Shown piece after piece: positions 13,786 to 27,755 of a stretch of DNA of 64,000 nt; the stretch's first letter is position 1; the number at the start of each line of letters is the position of its first letter. Under the pieces are notes generated by a model that saw only the letters and a program-made list of their open reading frames with translations, was not told the DNA's origin and did no database searches. This DNA is from Tubiluchus corallicola (lineage: Eukaryota; Animalia; Priapulida). The stretch spans positions 117,141-181,140 of the forward strand of contig JAQGDQ010000463.1 in assembly GCA_030141605.1 (NCBI GenBank), read 5' to 3'. Position numbers and translations under genes: made by a program.

Positions 13786-16219
13786 CAAAGTGTACAAAGA
13801 AGAAGTGACGAAAATTATTGCTAAGTATTTCATTTTTGCGATTAGTGGCTATGCTGGCGGCATCAGACGGCGAGTCATTAAAATATTTTGAGCGGCTCAT
13901 TGACTGTAATAATAATATTCTTAAGTTCACCAATAATGTTGGCATACGCGCAATTTCGATAAGCCAAAATCACTTTTACGTTTTTAATAAAAGAAGAATA
14001 TCTCAATTAAAAGCAATTATTAGTTAAAAAACTGAAAACATTTAATGAAAAGGAAAAACATTGTAGCAATAAGTTTGTATTATATGTACTTGCAAATACT
14101 TCTTCAGTTTTCTTGTAAGTAAAATTTTATTATTCTTCTTGAAGAAAGAGGCTAGCTGACTGCATGATGGGCTGCCTACTATGTAAAATTGTAATGTTGA
14201 TTTATTGATTTTTCTCTCCCTCCCTCTCTTAGAGAGATAGAGAGGAAGGAAGAGAGAGAGAAAGAGAGAGGAAGAGGAAGAGAGACAGTGAAAGGGGGAA
14301 AGAGAAAGAAAGAGAGAGAGAGAGACAGAGAGATGGGGAGGGAGAGAGACAGAGACAGACAGAGACAGAGAGAGAGAGAGATCCTTCTTTTCCTTTTGTT
14401 GAAGGTTGTGCCATTTGTTTCTTGGTCATTTTACTCCAATGCGAGGTAGCGAATTTGGCACATTAAAAATTGCACCCATTTACCTGCCCTGCAATTAATC
14501 TATATATTGTAGGATTTTAAATAATTTTGATCTGTTTAAAATTCTCTAATCAACTTTAAATAACTGAAGGATGAAAATGCAATCAAAGCTATCTAAACAT
14601 ACAGGAAAATGATAAACAAAAAGCAATGGTAAGCACAAGCCAAATAATGTGGTACAGATGAGTAAAAAATGATCAAAATTCAAGCTGTCATATAGTCCAT
14701 GCATAACTCAATATGAGAAAAACATGCAAAATAATAACAATAATACTAAATAAGAAATAATAAAAAAACAAATTAAATAAAATGAAAAGCAAGCTAGCCA
14801 AACAGAAATTTAAATAAACTTTCAAATAGGGAACTGAATCAAGCTGCAAAATACATGCATTAAAATAATAACTAAAGAGTCTGATTAATAAACGAAACAA
14901 AGTTTGAGTCAAATACCGAAAATTCAATTCTATGAAGCTGAGCCTATACATTTAACTATATAAAATGATTGCCCTTGGCACCTAGGCCTGTATAAAATCA
15001 GTTAATTTTAAGCCTATCAATAAATAATATTATCAAGACTTGTCAGTGGATTTAGCCACAGGTGTTTTATTAGTACGCTTATACAAGTGCATTTTTTACA
15101 CGTAAGCAAACAGTAGTTAATGAACATTTATTTTGATGTAAGCCTAACTAAATCTTAAAAAAATTAGGCTAAATATAAGTAATGTCTGCACATGATATAT
15201 AAAGTGCAGATTCTAATTTATGCGCCAGGTTGGCTTCTCGCCTGAATTCTGTAACTAGATTTTGACCTAGTTAGTTGGTTGTTATAGAGATGGAAGTAGT
15301 GTCGGCTGCTTAGGATGACAGCTCTGATTTTTCGTTCGGTTATTTTTTTTCACTGATAATAAAAAAGAGGTGTAATGTCGTAAATGCATCTCTGCTTGTT
15401 CAACGTAATTTTATAACTAACTCCAACTCATAACAAAGGCCAATGTATGATTATATGCTTTTTAAACATTTTTTAACTTGGAATTAACAAAACATGCAGA
15501 TGCTTAGATTAAGTTTCGTTCTGGAAAATTATTTGCTCTTCTGAAAAAATCGATTATTTTTCTATGAAAGGTATTACACATGAAAGTCAGGCCTAATATT
15601 TCTTCAAGTTAAATTTCCTGATAAGAACATATTAAATAGGAATGTTTTTTTAGAAAAAATATTTCTCCAGAAATCGAATACTACATGAGCCAGGTATTTG
15701 CAAACTTTCTTTTTGATCAACTTTCTTAACTTTTTTTGTAAATAAGCCCATTAATTTTTATGAGATATGATTATAATAATTTTTATTTTAACTACTAATT
15801 GTTCTTAATGCCTTATGCTTGCTTTAAATAATATACAAGAATATAACAGCTGCTATAAATCGTCAAAGAGAGATAGGCCTTGCAGTCTTTGCTTAGTGTA
15901 AAAAATATTTAACTTGTAACAAAAGTTACAAAACTGTGTTATAATTAACATTTTATTATAATTACCTGGCTGCATCCTTGCGAAATCTAAAAAGATATTT
16001 TTATTTGTGTTTTTGCAACTCACTGCTGGGCAATTTATGAACGCCTGTTAACCCGCCTGGTTTTGGTGGTCACATCAATTCATCTGCTACAGTACATACA
16101 GCTTGCGCTCTAGCGTACCTGACAACAACAGTCCCTACTGAACTGCCGCTAGGGCTACACTAGCTGCGCGAACTACTGCGCAGTAGGATTTCCCTACTTT
16201 CTGTGGTTTATATTCTTTG
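13786..16219 (-). mobile_element. Non-autonomous P-superfamily element, copy P2
   Basis: Same termini (CAAAGTGTACAAAG...TATATTCTTTG) and collinear with P1. Confidence 0.8.
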
Positions 16220-16731
16220 CATCAAAGTGTACAAAGAGGAAGTGACGAAAAGCCTATTGTTACGTATTTCGTTTTTGCGATTAGCGGCTATGCTGGCGGC
16301 ATCAGACGGCGAATCAGTAAAAAATTTGGAGCGCCGCATTGACTGTAATAATAATATTATTAAGTTCACCAGTAGTGTTGGCATACGTGCAATTTTGATA
16401 AGCCAAAATCACTTTTGCGTTTTTAATAAAAGAAGTATATCTCAATTAAAAGCAATTATTAGTTTAAAAAAACTGAAAACATTTCATGAAAAGGAACAAA
16501 GATTGTAGCAATAAGTTTGTATTATGTACCTGCAAATGCCTCTTCAGTTTTCTTGTAAGTAAAATTTTATTGTTTTTCCTGAGGATAGAGGCTGGCTGAC
16601 TGCGTGATGGGCTGCCTACTATGTAAAAAAGTAATGCATTTTTCATTGATTTATTGATTTTTCTCTCCCTCCCTCTCTTAGAGAGAAAGAGAAGGATAGA
16701 GTGAGAGAGGGAGAGAAAGAGAGACAGTGAA

Positions 16732-16790
<59 letters not shown>

Positions 16791-17282
16791 TCACGTTAAC
16801 TAATGATTAGTATAAGCCTCTTACCTATTTTGTGCCTATGCATAATAAGGAAAAGCAAATCCTCTTTATCTTGTTCAGCGATTACTGCAAGTCCAAATTG
16901 CAGACCGCTTCAAAAAATCAGCCATTCTTCATCTTTCTCCAAGTAACTTAAAGCATGTCACAAGCTAGACTTGTGCAAAAAATCCGAGCTCTCGGGTCTC
17001 TCCACACCAATAATTTTTTTGTCCATTGTTGACTATTATTTCACTACCTCGTGCATCCAGCAATTTAATGTTATTAAAAGTAAGAGTCGCGGACTGTCTA
17101 AACGTCTCGTCTATTTAAACCCACAAAAATAACCAATTTCTGTTATAGCATTAAATTTCACTGCACCTCAAACTGGTCGGGTAAGTATTAAACAGGTGGG
17201 TAACTTAAAAATGAAAAGGGTTTCTAGTCGAAAATTAGAAGATTGTAGAAGCAAAACAACAGCAGATGAAACAATTAAAAAA

Positions 17283-17816
17283 TTAATGATTTGACAGTTT
17301 AAGGTACTTCCTTGATTTTCGAGGCATACTTTTAAATTCTTGATTGACAAATTTTAAGGTGTAGTAGATACGAACTTTGATGAAGAGTTCCACAAGGTGG
17401 CGCACACTATCGTTGCAGAGTTTCATGTTTTGACACGTGACATTGGACATTATTTTTTCCCTAATAACATGAGACACATTCTGTACAGTACAGTATTGGT
17501 CAAATGTCGCTCTAAATTGATGTTCTGCCTGACTAAACCACGTTATGAAGTGGTCAGTCGGCACACGCAATCGCGTGTCATCACCGTGAAAAGACTTCAG
17601 TGAGATGTATAAGTTTTCATTTTCACGTATCTTGGACTCGTCTTGTATATCCCGCAGAGAGCATAAATCACAGCCACGGATATGTTTTTTATCTAATGCG
17701 TGTATTATATACCCAGCTACATAATGTCTGCCATTACTGTCAAGGAGGCCTAAATTATTTTCGCCTGGTAATGGGTCTACTGATTCAATTTCAAAATCAC
17801 AGTTGTCAAATGTCAC
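17283..17816 (-). pseudogene. P-element/THAP9-like transposase C-terminal fragment
   Basis: YVAGYI...CDLC...LRVPTD...LFIKVRIYYTLKFVN...RKYLKLSNH*, typical of a P-type transposase C-terminus; the catalytic core is deleted. Confidence 0.8.
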
Positions 17817-18056
17817 ATTAGTAAGAGGAGTTGCGGCCTATTAATAAGCCTATTAATTTTCATGAGTTATGAATATAATAATTTTTATTTTAACTAATAA
17901 TTCTAAATAATATTGAAAAATATCACAGCTGCTATAAATTGGCAAAGACAGATGTAGGCCTTGCAGTCTTTGCTTAGTGTACAAAAAATTAATAATATTT
18001 TAATTTGTAACAAAAGTTACAAAACTGTGTTGAAATTAACATTTTAATATAATCAC

Positions 18057-18169
18057 CTGGCGGCATCCTTGGGAAATTTAAAAAAAGATATTCTAGTGTG
18101 TATGTCTGTATTTTTACAATTCACTGCGGCGCAGTAATGAGCCGACCGGCCTGGCTTTGGTGAAGGCAT
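18057..18169 (-). pseudogene. THAP-domain first exon of P3 transposase
   Basis: MPSPKPGRSAHYCAAVNCKNTDIHTRISFFKFPKDAAR (CxxxxC...FFxFP THAP start), followed by a GT donor. Confidence 0.8.
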
Positions 18170-18278
18170 CTCATAAATTCGTCTGCTAAATACCGGTGCG
18201 TGAACAGCTGTGCTGTAGCGTACCTGACAACAACAGAACTGCTGTGCAGTAGGACTTTCCCTACTTTGCTTTGTATAC

Positions 18279-19690
18279 CAAAGTATACACAATAAAGTAG
18301 GGAAAGTCTTTCTGCGCAGTAGTTCGCGCAGTTAGTGTCGCCCTAACGGCTATTCAGTACGGCCTGTTGTTGTCAGGTACGCAACAGCGCAGGCTGTGGG
18401 TACTGTAGCAGATGAATTGATGAGACCATCAAAACCAGCCCGGTTAACAGGTGCTCATAAATTGCTCAGCAGTGAGTTGCAAAAACACAAAAAGATATCT
18501 TTTTAAATTTCGCAAGGATGCAGCCAGGTAATTATAATAAAATGTTAATTATAACACAGTTTTGAAACTTTTGTTACTAGTTAAATATTTTGTACGCTAA
18601 GCAAAGACTGCAAGGCCTACATCTCTCTTTGGCGATTTATAGCAGCTGTTATCTTTTTGAATATTATTTAAAGCAAGCATAAGGCGTTAAGAATAATTTG
18701 TAGTTAAAATAAAAATTATTATAATCATATCTCGTAAAAATTAATAGGCTTATTTACAAAAGAAGTTAAGAAAGTTGATCAAAAGAAAGAATACCTGGCT
18801 CATGTAGTATTCGATTTCTGGAGAAATATTTTTTCTAAAAAACATTTCTATTTCATATGTTCTTATGAGGAAATATAACTTGAAGAAATATTAGGCCTGA
18901 CTTTCATGTGTAATACCTTTCATAGAAAAAAATCGATTTTTTCAGAAGAGCAAATAATTTTCTAGAACATAACTTAATCTAAGCATCTGCATGTTTTGTT
19001 AATTCCAAGTTAAAAAATGTTTAAAAAGCATATAATCATACATTGGCCTTTGTTATAAGTTGGAGTTAGTTATAAAATTACGTTGAACAAGCAGAGATGC
19101 ATTTACGACATTACTCCTCTTTTTTATTATCAGTGAACAAAAAATAACTGAAGGAAACATCAGAGCTGTCATCCTAAGCAGCCGACATAACTTCCACCTC
19201 TATAACAACCAACTAACTATGTCAAAACCTAGTTAAAGAATTCAGGCCAGAAGCATAAATTAGAATCTTCAAGTATAAATCAATTTAAATGAAATTATTC
19301 ATTCATCGCTGCCTATATCAAAATCGTAATTACATATTAAATTTTCCTCATGTTTCCTTGCTGTTCATTACATCTTTTACTTTATTTCAAAATTATTTCA
19401 ATATTTATATCAAAATCGTAATTCCATATTGTGTGTTTCTTATGTTTCCTTGCTATTATTACATCATTTACTTTATTACATCAATTTCATTGAGTCATCT
19501 ACAAAAGCACGCATATCTTTAATAATTTTTTCATTTTCATTTAAGTAAGGTGAGTGTGTTAGTGACCGTATGGTCGTACACTCACCTCACACTACTCAAA
19601 TCATTTTATTTATTGTTTATTTATGTGTACAATATTGTATTTTGATGTGTGAAATAAAATTCATAGTTCATAGTTCCGTCTTTCTTTTAA

Positions 19691-19721
<31 letters not shown>

Positions 19722-20194
19722 CCTCTCTTTCTCTCTAAGAGAGGGAGGGAGAGAGAAATCAATAAATCAATGAAAAATGCATTACTTCTTTACATAGCAG
19801 GCAGCCCGTCACACAGTCAGCTAGCCTCTTTCCTCAGGAAAAACAATAAAAATTTTACTTACAAGAAAACTGAACAGGCATTTGCAAGTACATAATACAA
19901 ACTTATTGCTACAATTTTTTTCCTTTTCATGAAATGTTTTCAGTTTTTTTAAACTAATAATTGCTTTTAATTGAGATATACTTCTTTTATTAAAAACGCA
20001 AAAGTGATTTTGGCTTATCAAAATTGCACGTATGCCAACACTACTGGTGAACTTAATAATATTATTATTACAGTCAATGCGGCGCTCCAAATTTTTTACT
20101 GAATGGCCGTTTGATGCCGCCAGCATAGCCGCTAATAGCAAAAAGGAAATACGTAACAATAGGCCGTTTCGTCACTTCCTCTTTGTACATTTTG
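18279..20194 (+). mobile_element. Non-autonomous P-superfamily element, copy P4 (inverted)
   Basis: CAAAGTATACAC...CTTTGTACATTTTG; perfect 8-bp TSD TTGTATAC at 18271-18278 and 20195-20202; reverse complement of the P1/P2 ends. Confidence 0.85.
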
Positions 20195-20214
20195 TTGTAT
20201 ACTTTGCCTTGCAT

Positions 20215-21225
20215 GCGTGTTGCTAGTGTTATCAACTTTACCCCTTTGCAAAGTTACCCTTTTATTTTCAACTTCTTCGTTTTTCCTTTTTGCGCTCATC
20301 TTTCTAGTTAGAACCTCGTTGCTTTGTGAGTTACAATAAAGTTGTTACCGTAAATTTATTCTTGTCGTCTTGGTGTTTGGGACAGAGCTGGTACATTCTT
20401 TAATTAATGGCGTGGTGGCTGCCGGTGTGACTACGTACTCAGAAAAGCCAGTGGACCTTATAAATGGTTTGTCGAGAGTATACATGCAATCGTCTAAATC
20501 TAACTAAAACCAGTCAGCTTATTCCATAGCTGTAAAGACGTAAGAATTCAAATTTATCAGCGCAATTTTCGAAAGAACTAGTACTAATAATTACCCACGT
20601 GACTGATTAATAAACACCCTCAATTTGTGTTAGAATATGGCCACTACTTGTGCTCCAAAACAGTGGTGTCGGACAAAGCAAGAGACTATTACGTCATTTG
20701 AAGCATGGCGCTAAAACTCTATCGCTAGATCAGAATTTTGCAGATTTTTTAGTTGAAGGTGCGACTAATGCAGACTAAAACAAATGCAGCACCTTTACGA
20801 GGTCTGCAAGATGATGACGAAAATGTTCCCATTGCAAACCGCCGAACAGACGCACAAAAGACCACTCATCTAGATTTAATGCTGGGACAGATTGCCAACT
20901 ATTGTCCGATTATTTCCAGAAATTCCATTGTCAAAAACTCAACGTCATTGACTAGTATTTGGCAAACAGTTAGACAGCATTTCGGATTCCAAACAACAGG
21001 TGGTCATTTTTTGGATTTTAATAATATTCATATGCAGCCAGATGAACGTCCAGAAGATCTTTTCCAGCGTTTAAATAGTTTCATTGAGGATAACCTCTTA
21101 TGCGCTGCCGGTGGTATACAGCACCATGGTGAGAATCCAACTAGTGATGAGGAAATTACACCCACCTTAGAGAACCTAATCATTCTGACTTGGCTTCGAC
21201 TTTTACATCGTGGGCTACCCAGCTT
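20215..21225 (+). mobile_element. LTR retrotransposon 5' end (partial LTR, PBS-like site, gag pseudogene; probably Gypsy)
   Basis: AATAAA at 20335; PBS-like TGGTGGCTGCCGGTG at about 20413; ATG at 20637 gives [44 protein letters not shown]..; cut by the MULE at 21226. Confidence 0.7.
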
Positions 21226-24200
21226 GCGAAATTTTTTTTGCAACTGAGTTCCGGACAGATTATGTCCCTCATTTGCATTAAGCGTCGTCCACGTTGTTCA
21301 GGGGTGCTTCAGAGCAAGATGGCGATCCATGTGTGTGAGTTCTGTGTGAAGTAACCTGACAAATACTCTGAAATTTCATCGTTTGCGGTAAGATTATATT
21401 GCTAACTAATGGCTAAATGTGGTGGCGGTGTAAGACTATAGATCACTCACTTGTCTCTCGAAAATCATACATAAAGTTTGTTTACAAAGAACTTTTGTGC
21501 ACCTCAAAACCGATTTTTTTCGTACAGCGATAAAAGATATGTGTCTACTACTTTTCTCCTGTGTGCGCTTTTCGCCTGTAATTGCATGTATACCTTATCA
21601 TATGTAGCAAACGTAGACGTACATTTGTGTTCTTAAAAATATACAAGGTGTGCCATATAGTGTGTTGTGTGTATAGGCCTAGTAATTTTAATGTTATCAT
21701 TTGTCTTCAAAAAGCATTTAGATCTATGGTCCACCACTTTGAGAAAGTTGGACAAATTTGGTCAACAAAACTATGTAAAAGAGCCTGTTAACAAGTGTGG
21801 CAACAGAATATTTAGTCGTCTTACACCAGACTTTAGAGTAGCCTTATGACTGAGCTATGAGACACAGTACTTTCCAGCTTCTGCCTTTGTAGCCTTGTGA
21901 AACTTTGTATAGCTTGCGCAGTAGAGATGCGCACGTGTGTACCTGTGAGAGATTCTGGATGTGTTGTAACTCGAGAGGATATGTAAATTGTGATTATAGT
22001 CAGGTTCGGCCTGTGTGAGATGCTAGTTATGGAATTTAAAGCTCTTTCTTCAGATCTTTTAAGATTTTTCCTATCACTTTCAGGAAGTTCTACCTGATGA
22101 CTACAGCCATTGTTTGTGTGAGTTAGTGCATAATCCTGACTCGGGCATGGGTTTGATATCATACTTCACCTTCCCATATCAGCAGCAGAAGAGGCAAAAT
22201 TATAGTTAAAGTCATTCCAAGAGAAAAGCTATACTACATATCGAGTTCTGAAGATAGAAAAGTGTTCAGGAGAGAAAATCAAGTTCAAAGTAAGTTTTTA
22301 TATGGTCACGGTCAAAATCAAAGTTTAATCATAAATGCGTGTAAGTAAAAGTTGTCACTCGCCCATCTGTGATTTTATTTGAATTTAGTGCATGAAAGGT
22401 GGCCCTAACCCTGTAGTGTAATGTCATGTGCCGCCATATACCCACACCATACTGCTTATCCTACATTTTCCAGTCTACAACTTCTGCAGACTAAATCTGA
22501 TGCAGGCGCTGATGCTAAACTTCTTTTCTTTGTCTGGCCTTAACCATTGTCAAGATGTACCTTTTCTGAAGAATAGGCAGCAAGTGTTGTTGAAGGGTTA
22601 AAGGGATGCGTCATTTACATGTGTCTTAAACATTCATTTGCCAGGTTGATTACTTCTGCCATCACAGGACCAGAAAGACCAAAGGGCAAGGGCCACATGC
22701 TGGAAAGAAGAATACTAATTGCCCAGCTGGGTTGTAGATTAAAGTCAAGAATACAAGTTTCTTCAACACCGATGGACATAAAAGGAAATGCTGGTAAGTA
22801 ATTCAGGTTTCCTCTACAGCTAGGCAAAGTACATGTATTTACTGAAGAAAATAAATCGAGGTGTGTCCTTGAAAATGGAATGCTCATCTTTTCTTAATAT
22901 TTGCCTATTTTGAAATGTTTGTTGAAGTGAATGTGCCATTCTAATTTTCTCAACAACATTTAGGGAATGATGTTGTATGCATAGAAAGAATATTTTACTC
23001 CTCTTTTTGTAGTTCAACAGGTTTAGCACAGATGGTATTTGGAATTACATTGTAGAATTACATTGTTCTTTATGAATTTCAGTTCAGAGGACCCACATCT
23101 GCCCAATTATCCAATGACAGTCAAGATCAAGTTCCGGCATAACCATCCTATCATGGCATCTGCTGTACTCAAACACCGAGATGTTGCAGAACCAACCAAA
23201 CAAAAGATCTTGCAATTGTTTGAGAATGGCTACACCCCATCGAAGGCACTTGAGTTGCACAAGTTTGACCTTCAAATGCAGGATCCAGAAGAGTATGTGG
23301 TGAAAAGTGGAGACCGCGCCATATGTCCTGATGTACAGTATTGCTATAGGTAAGTAATGTTTTACACTGGGAACACTACTCACCACTGGTATGCCACAAC
23401 CTCGTCCCCAGAGTCGCCAAGTGGGCAAGATATATTGACGGGACTCACTCATCAGACCCTGGAAATAGGATTACCTCATCTCAGGATTCCTGAGATAAGA
23501 CTCTTAAAGTATCCTATTGATAAATACCCTGCTGAAAGTTATACGTAAAAACCTCATTAAAGCTGAACTGATTATAATGAATATTTGATACGTGGTCAAA
23601 AGACTCCTCTGGAGGTCCTAGAGCTGAATCAAGAAATGTGGTGTACCTCAGGGGACTTCACCCGCTACCAGTTCTTATTTTGACAACAGACATTTTTCAA
23701 CTGAAAGTAGGAATTGGACACGATTGCAGCTTGTTCAGTAATGAATGTATCAAAAAAATGTCGCCTTAGGCACTCATGTTTTCAAAGTTCTTTTGTCGTG
23801 TTTCTGACACTTCTTTAGGTTCTGACCTTTTATGTTTTCTGCTTTTTTTAGGTTGTACTATGCTACTTTCAAGAAGGAATATGATGAAGCAAGTGGGGGA
23901 ATGGTTTTCTCGCAGCTTGAAAACAAACTCGCTGAATTAAACGGAAGATTTAGCGAAAGATGTTTCGACATGACTACTACACAAGAAAACCAAGCTGCCA
24001 TTGCCATTGTTACGCCGCTTATGAAGCGTGTACATGACTCCATCAAATCCGCCGCTGAAATCATATTCATAGATTCATCCGGAAATATGGACAGGCAAGG
24101 ATGCCGTGTGTTCCTAATACTTACACATAGCGTAGAAGGGTTAGTACCACTAGGAGTACTGATTACAAAATCTGAAAGTAAGGCAACAATCACAGCGGGC

Positions 24201-25876
24201 CTTCGCTGTTACAATGCCCTACTCAGTCAGGCATCATACTTTGGTTGAGGGTGCCAGGGAGCAGAAGTGATAATGACTGATGACAGTCAAGCAGAACAGC
24301 AGGCAGTGCAGGAGGTTTATCCTAGTTCAACACTCCTGCTATGTGTTTTTCACATTTTACAAGCATTCTGGCGCTTCTTATGGGAGTCCAAGAACGGTGT
24401 AAAAAAAGAGGACCGTCCTAAACTTCTTTGGTTCCTTAAGAAACTGGTCTACTGTGACACAGTTGAGCAACTGGATGTGGCTTATGAGTAAGCTCAGGGA
24501 GACCAGACACTTCAGCGATATGAAAAGGTTCAAAAGCACTTGGATAGTATTATGAGCCGGAAAAAATCATGGGCTTTGTGCTATCGCTCAAACCTTCCTA
24601 TCAGTAGGAACAACACGAATAATTATGCTGAAGCAAGAATGAGAATTTTGAAAGATCAGATCCTACAGCGTACAAAGGCCTACAATGTTGTTCAGTTGGT
24701 TGATTTTGTCATCTCACGGCTTTAGGCATACTACGAGCGAAGATTGCTTGACATTGCCAACAACCGGTTGGACCGTGCTCTTCATTCTCGCTTCCTGGTG
24801 AATGTGAACTCTTGCTCAAAAATTGACCACAGTCTCATCAGAAATGTTGCTATTAGTGTGTATGAAGTGCCCAGTGAGAAGGACCCAAGTGTGATGTGCT
24901 CAGTCGATATGGATGTTGGAATGTGCTCTTGCAAGATTGGAAATACAGGTAAATACTTTTTGTAAATACAGGGTGGTCCAAAAAGATGTTAACACTTTTA
25001 TCTTGGTAGCAATTGAAGAAAATAACAGATATGGAAATTCTTTTCTTGTCAACTTAAAGTTTTATGTGCAAGTGCAATTTTGTGATGATTCACTTTAATG
25101 ATATTCACATTACTCTTTTCGTTACAGGAGGTCCCTGCAAGCACCAATTTCTGGTGGTCAAGAAGTTTGGTTTGTCGACCTGGAACTTCATACCAGTACA
25201 CGATCCAGCGACGCATTGCTTGTTGTACAAGGTCGCCACAGGAGGAGATGCGACCAAATCTCCCAGACAGTTGGTTTCAGTCTCTGCAGCCTTCTACCAC
25301 CACTTCCCCAACCATGCTCACTCCCACATTCCAGGTTCATGATGCAGCAGGTCATGACATGGCAGTGCAGCAAGACAAGCAAGATGAGGGGAATAGCAGT
25401 GCAGAACAGTCATGTGCACAGGGAAGCAATCAAGTGGTTGACAAGGAAAAGGTTGATCCTGTCATCAAGGAACTTGATGGTGCATTTGAAATCCTGAAAG
25501 GAAGGTACATTTCGAACAAAGAGTTTCTGGCCAAACCAATACGAACATTTGTCAAGCAATCACAGAAATTGTCCTCAGACTCTGCCTTGGCATCTGCCCT
25601 TCATTGCTTTGGGAAGTATGCTGGAGTTGCTGAAGCTGTTGGAAACAAGAAAAAAAGAGAGTGCTTGTTGGTGCAAAGTCCATTGGTGTCCAACCTACTG
25701 CAAGGGCACGCATGAAAATGGTTGGTGGAGGCCGCAATAGGATTGGATCTGGGCGACCATGCCATACAAATGTCCAGTCATCTTCTGTCACCCCATTTTC
25801 GTCGCAGGTAATGCCAAAATATAAAGCACCACACAGACTCTCTGCATGTGTAGAATGTAACCAAACACTTGGCAAG
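21226..25876 (+). mobile_element. Mutator-like element copy M1, defective and 3'-truncated
   Basis: Left TIR GCGAAATTTTTTTTGCAACTGAGTTCCGGACAG; same exons as M2 from ATG 21319 but with stops (21352, 24246, 24489, 24723) and frameshifts. No right TIR or second copy of ACCCAGCTT was found. Confidence 0.9.
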
Positions 25877-27541
25877 AAATTTTTTTTCTGCCATATATAA
25901 AAGTATTATCTCTAAGTCGATCGCATGATACTTCAGTGCTGTAGTATACGTTATATTAATATTAATTTGGTAGTATACATCATGTTCATTGAAATATATG
26001 CTAGCCAATTTTTTGATCTGTATAGTGGTTAGTCAGTAATTTACCGGTGGTAGCGTGAAAGTTGGAGAATCTTTCCTGTTTGTTCAATGTGGTGCAATTC
26101 TGTTTATTTTATGTGGTTAAATACTTAGGAACCTGTGGTTTAACAAAGTCATGTCAAATCATTGCTATTTATGAATCTCATTACATTACAGTTTCACGTG
26201 TAAATAGCACATTCCAGTTTATTGTATTAATCCCATTTTCAGTTTTTCTGAACCTTCTATTAAAGAAACTGACATTATTCACCACCAGATGGTGCTTAGA
26301 TATGGTAGTGATGCTTTTTTAGCATTCTCACTATTTATGCTTGATAATTTATGCAAATTCAAACAGTTGTTTTAATCGGCACTTGTATAATATTTACATA
26401 CCACTGAACAAAAAAGTATGTAGTTTTGTATGTAACATGTATTCCACTTGAAGTAACGTTGTTTATTTCAAGGTTTAACTATAATTATGCTTAATAATGA
26501 AGATTTCTTGCTGTTATTAAATATATGTGATCATATCATAGCATCTCAGTTTTAAACCCAAACAACCAGGCTATTAAAAAAATGTGTGACAGAATGTAAA
26601 GATGTATATGATAGGACAGTAGTGTAACTATTCTTTTGGGGCCCACTTTTCAAAATAATCTAGTAGACCCCTATCATTTAAGGGTAAAAATTTTATGGCC
26701 TATGGCTTTTATGCACTACAGTTTTTAGAATCAATTGTAAAACTGTCACAGCTTACTTTTAAATTGTTTTTCTTCATGATTTTATGCTGGCAGAAGTGTC
26801 GTAAAATGATTAAACGAAATTATGTTGGTTCTTCGTGACCGACGTCCTCTGCATAGTCCAGGGCCTTAGGTCATCCTGTGTGCATTTATCGAAAAATTTT
26901 GCCTACATACATTTTTATGTTATTTGGAGGTCACATTATGTCATTTAAAATATGTGTTCGGAATTTTTCCACTATATTTAGTATATCTACACAAAATTGT
27001 GATTTTGTCAGAAAAGGGAGCACATTGTGAATAACACCTTAGAATACACATGGTTGAATACAATACAGGGGCCTTATTTACTGGCAATCAGCAATGCATT
27101 GCATTTATTACGAGTATCAGTAGCAACAAACAGATGAATTAGTAACAATAGTGTTTGTTTGTATGTTACGTCAACCTATTGTTTGCTTAACCTGCTATAT
27201 ATCTTAACACTTACTCTTAATTTTGTATTTTTTTGAACTATTACCTGTTACTATGAACCATGATTTGAAACAAAATTCTTTTTGTTTGTCGTTATCAGTA
27301 AACTATTAAAGCTTCCTTAGAGTTTGATAATTTTAAGTTTTTTGATAGTGCAAAGGAAACAGGTATGTTATTCACGACAAGTTTGCATGATTATTATCTC
27401 TGCAAACTTATTGTCTTGTAGCATTCTTAATTTAAAGGAAAACATTGATGAGTTTACATTGTACCCCTCTTTTTGTTGATATATATGAGGGGGACTTGAA
27501 CGTTTCATCTGACTCACAACAAATGTAACTGTTTGTTTTGT

Positions 27542-27755
27542 TGGATCCTTTAGTGTCGTCAACATCACAAGGCATAGACAGCTAGTAGTTTTCTATGTTT
27601 TTTTTGTACACATTGCCAATCCACACTTGTGCATTTCTGTACAATACAGCTTTTACTGTTTACATAACTACAAATACCTCATTTTACACTGACATTGGCT
27701 GCAGCGACGTCTGATCAGATCCACTATAGGCTGGCTGACAGCAAAAATTAATAAA
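27542..27755 (-). repeat. Dispersed segment shared with the MULE 3' region (49652-49858; 60183-60390), degenerate Cys-rich reading
   Basis: Close sequence match. The minus strand reads VDLIRRRCSQCQCKMRY..CKQ*..YCTEMHKC, resembling CXC-type tails of some DNA-transposon proteins. Confidence 0.55.

Larger units (their letters stand above)
16223..20206 (-). mobile_element. Internally deleted P-superfamily element, copy P3 (P4 nested in its terminus)
   Basis: Starts CAAAGTGTACAAAG and ends TTGTATACTTTG at 20206; flanked by CTTTGCAT (16215-16222) and CCTTGCAT (20207-20214). Retains the THAP exon and the transposase C-terminus. Confidence 0.8.
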
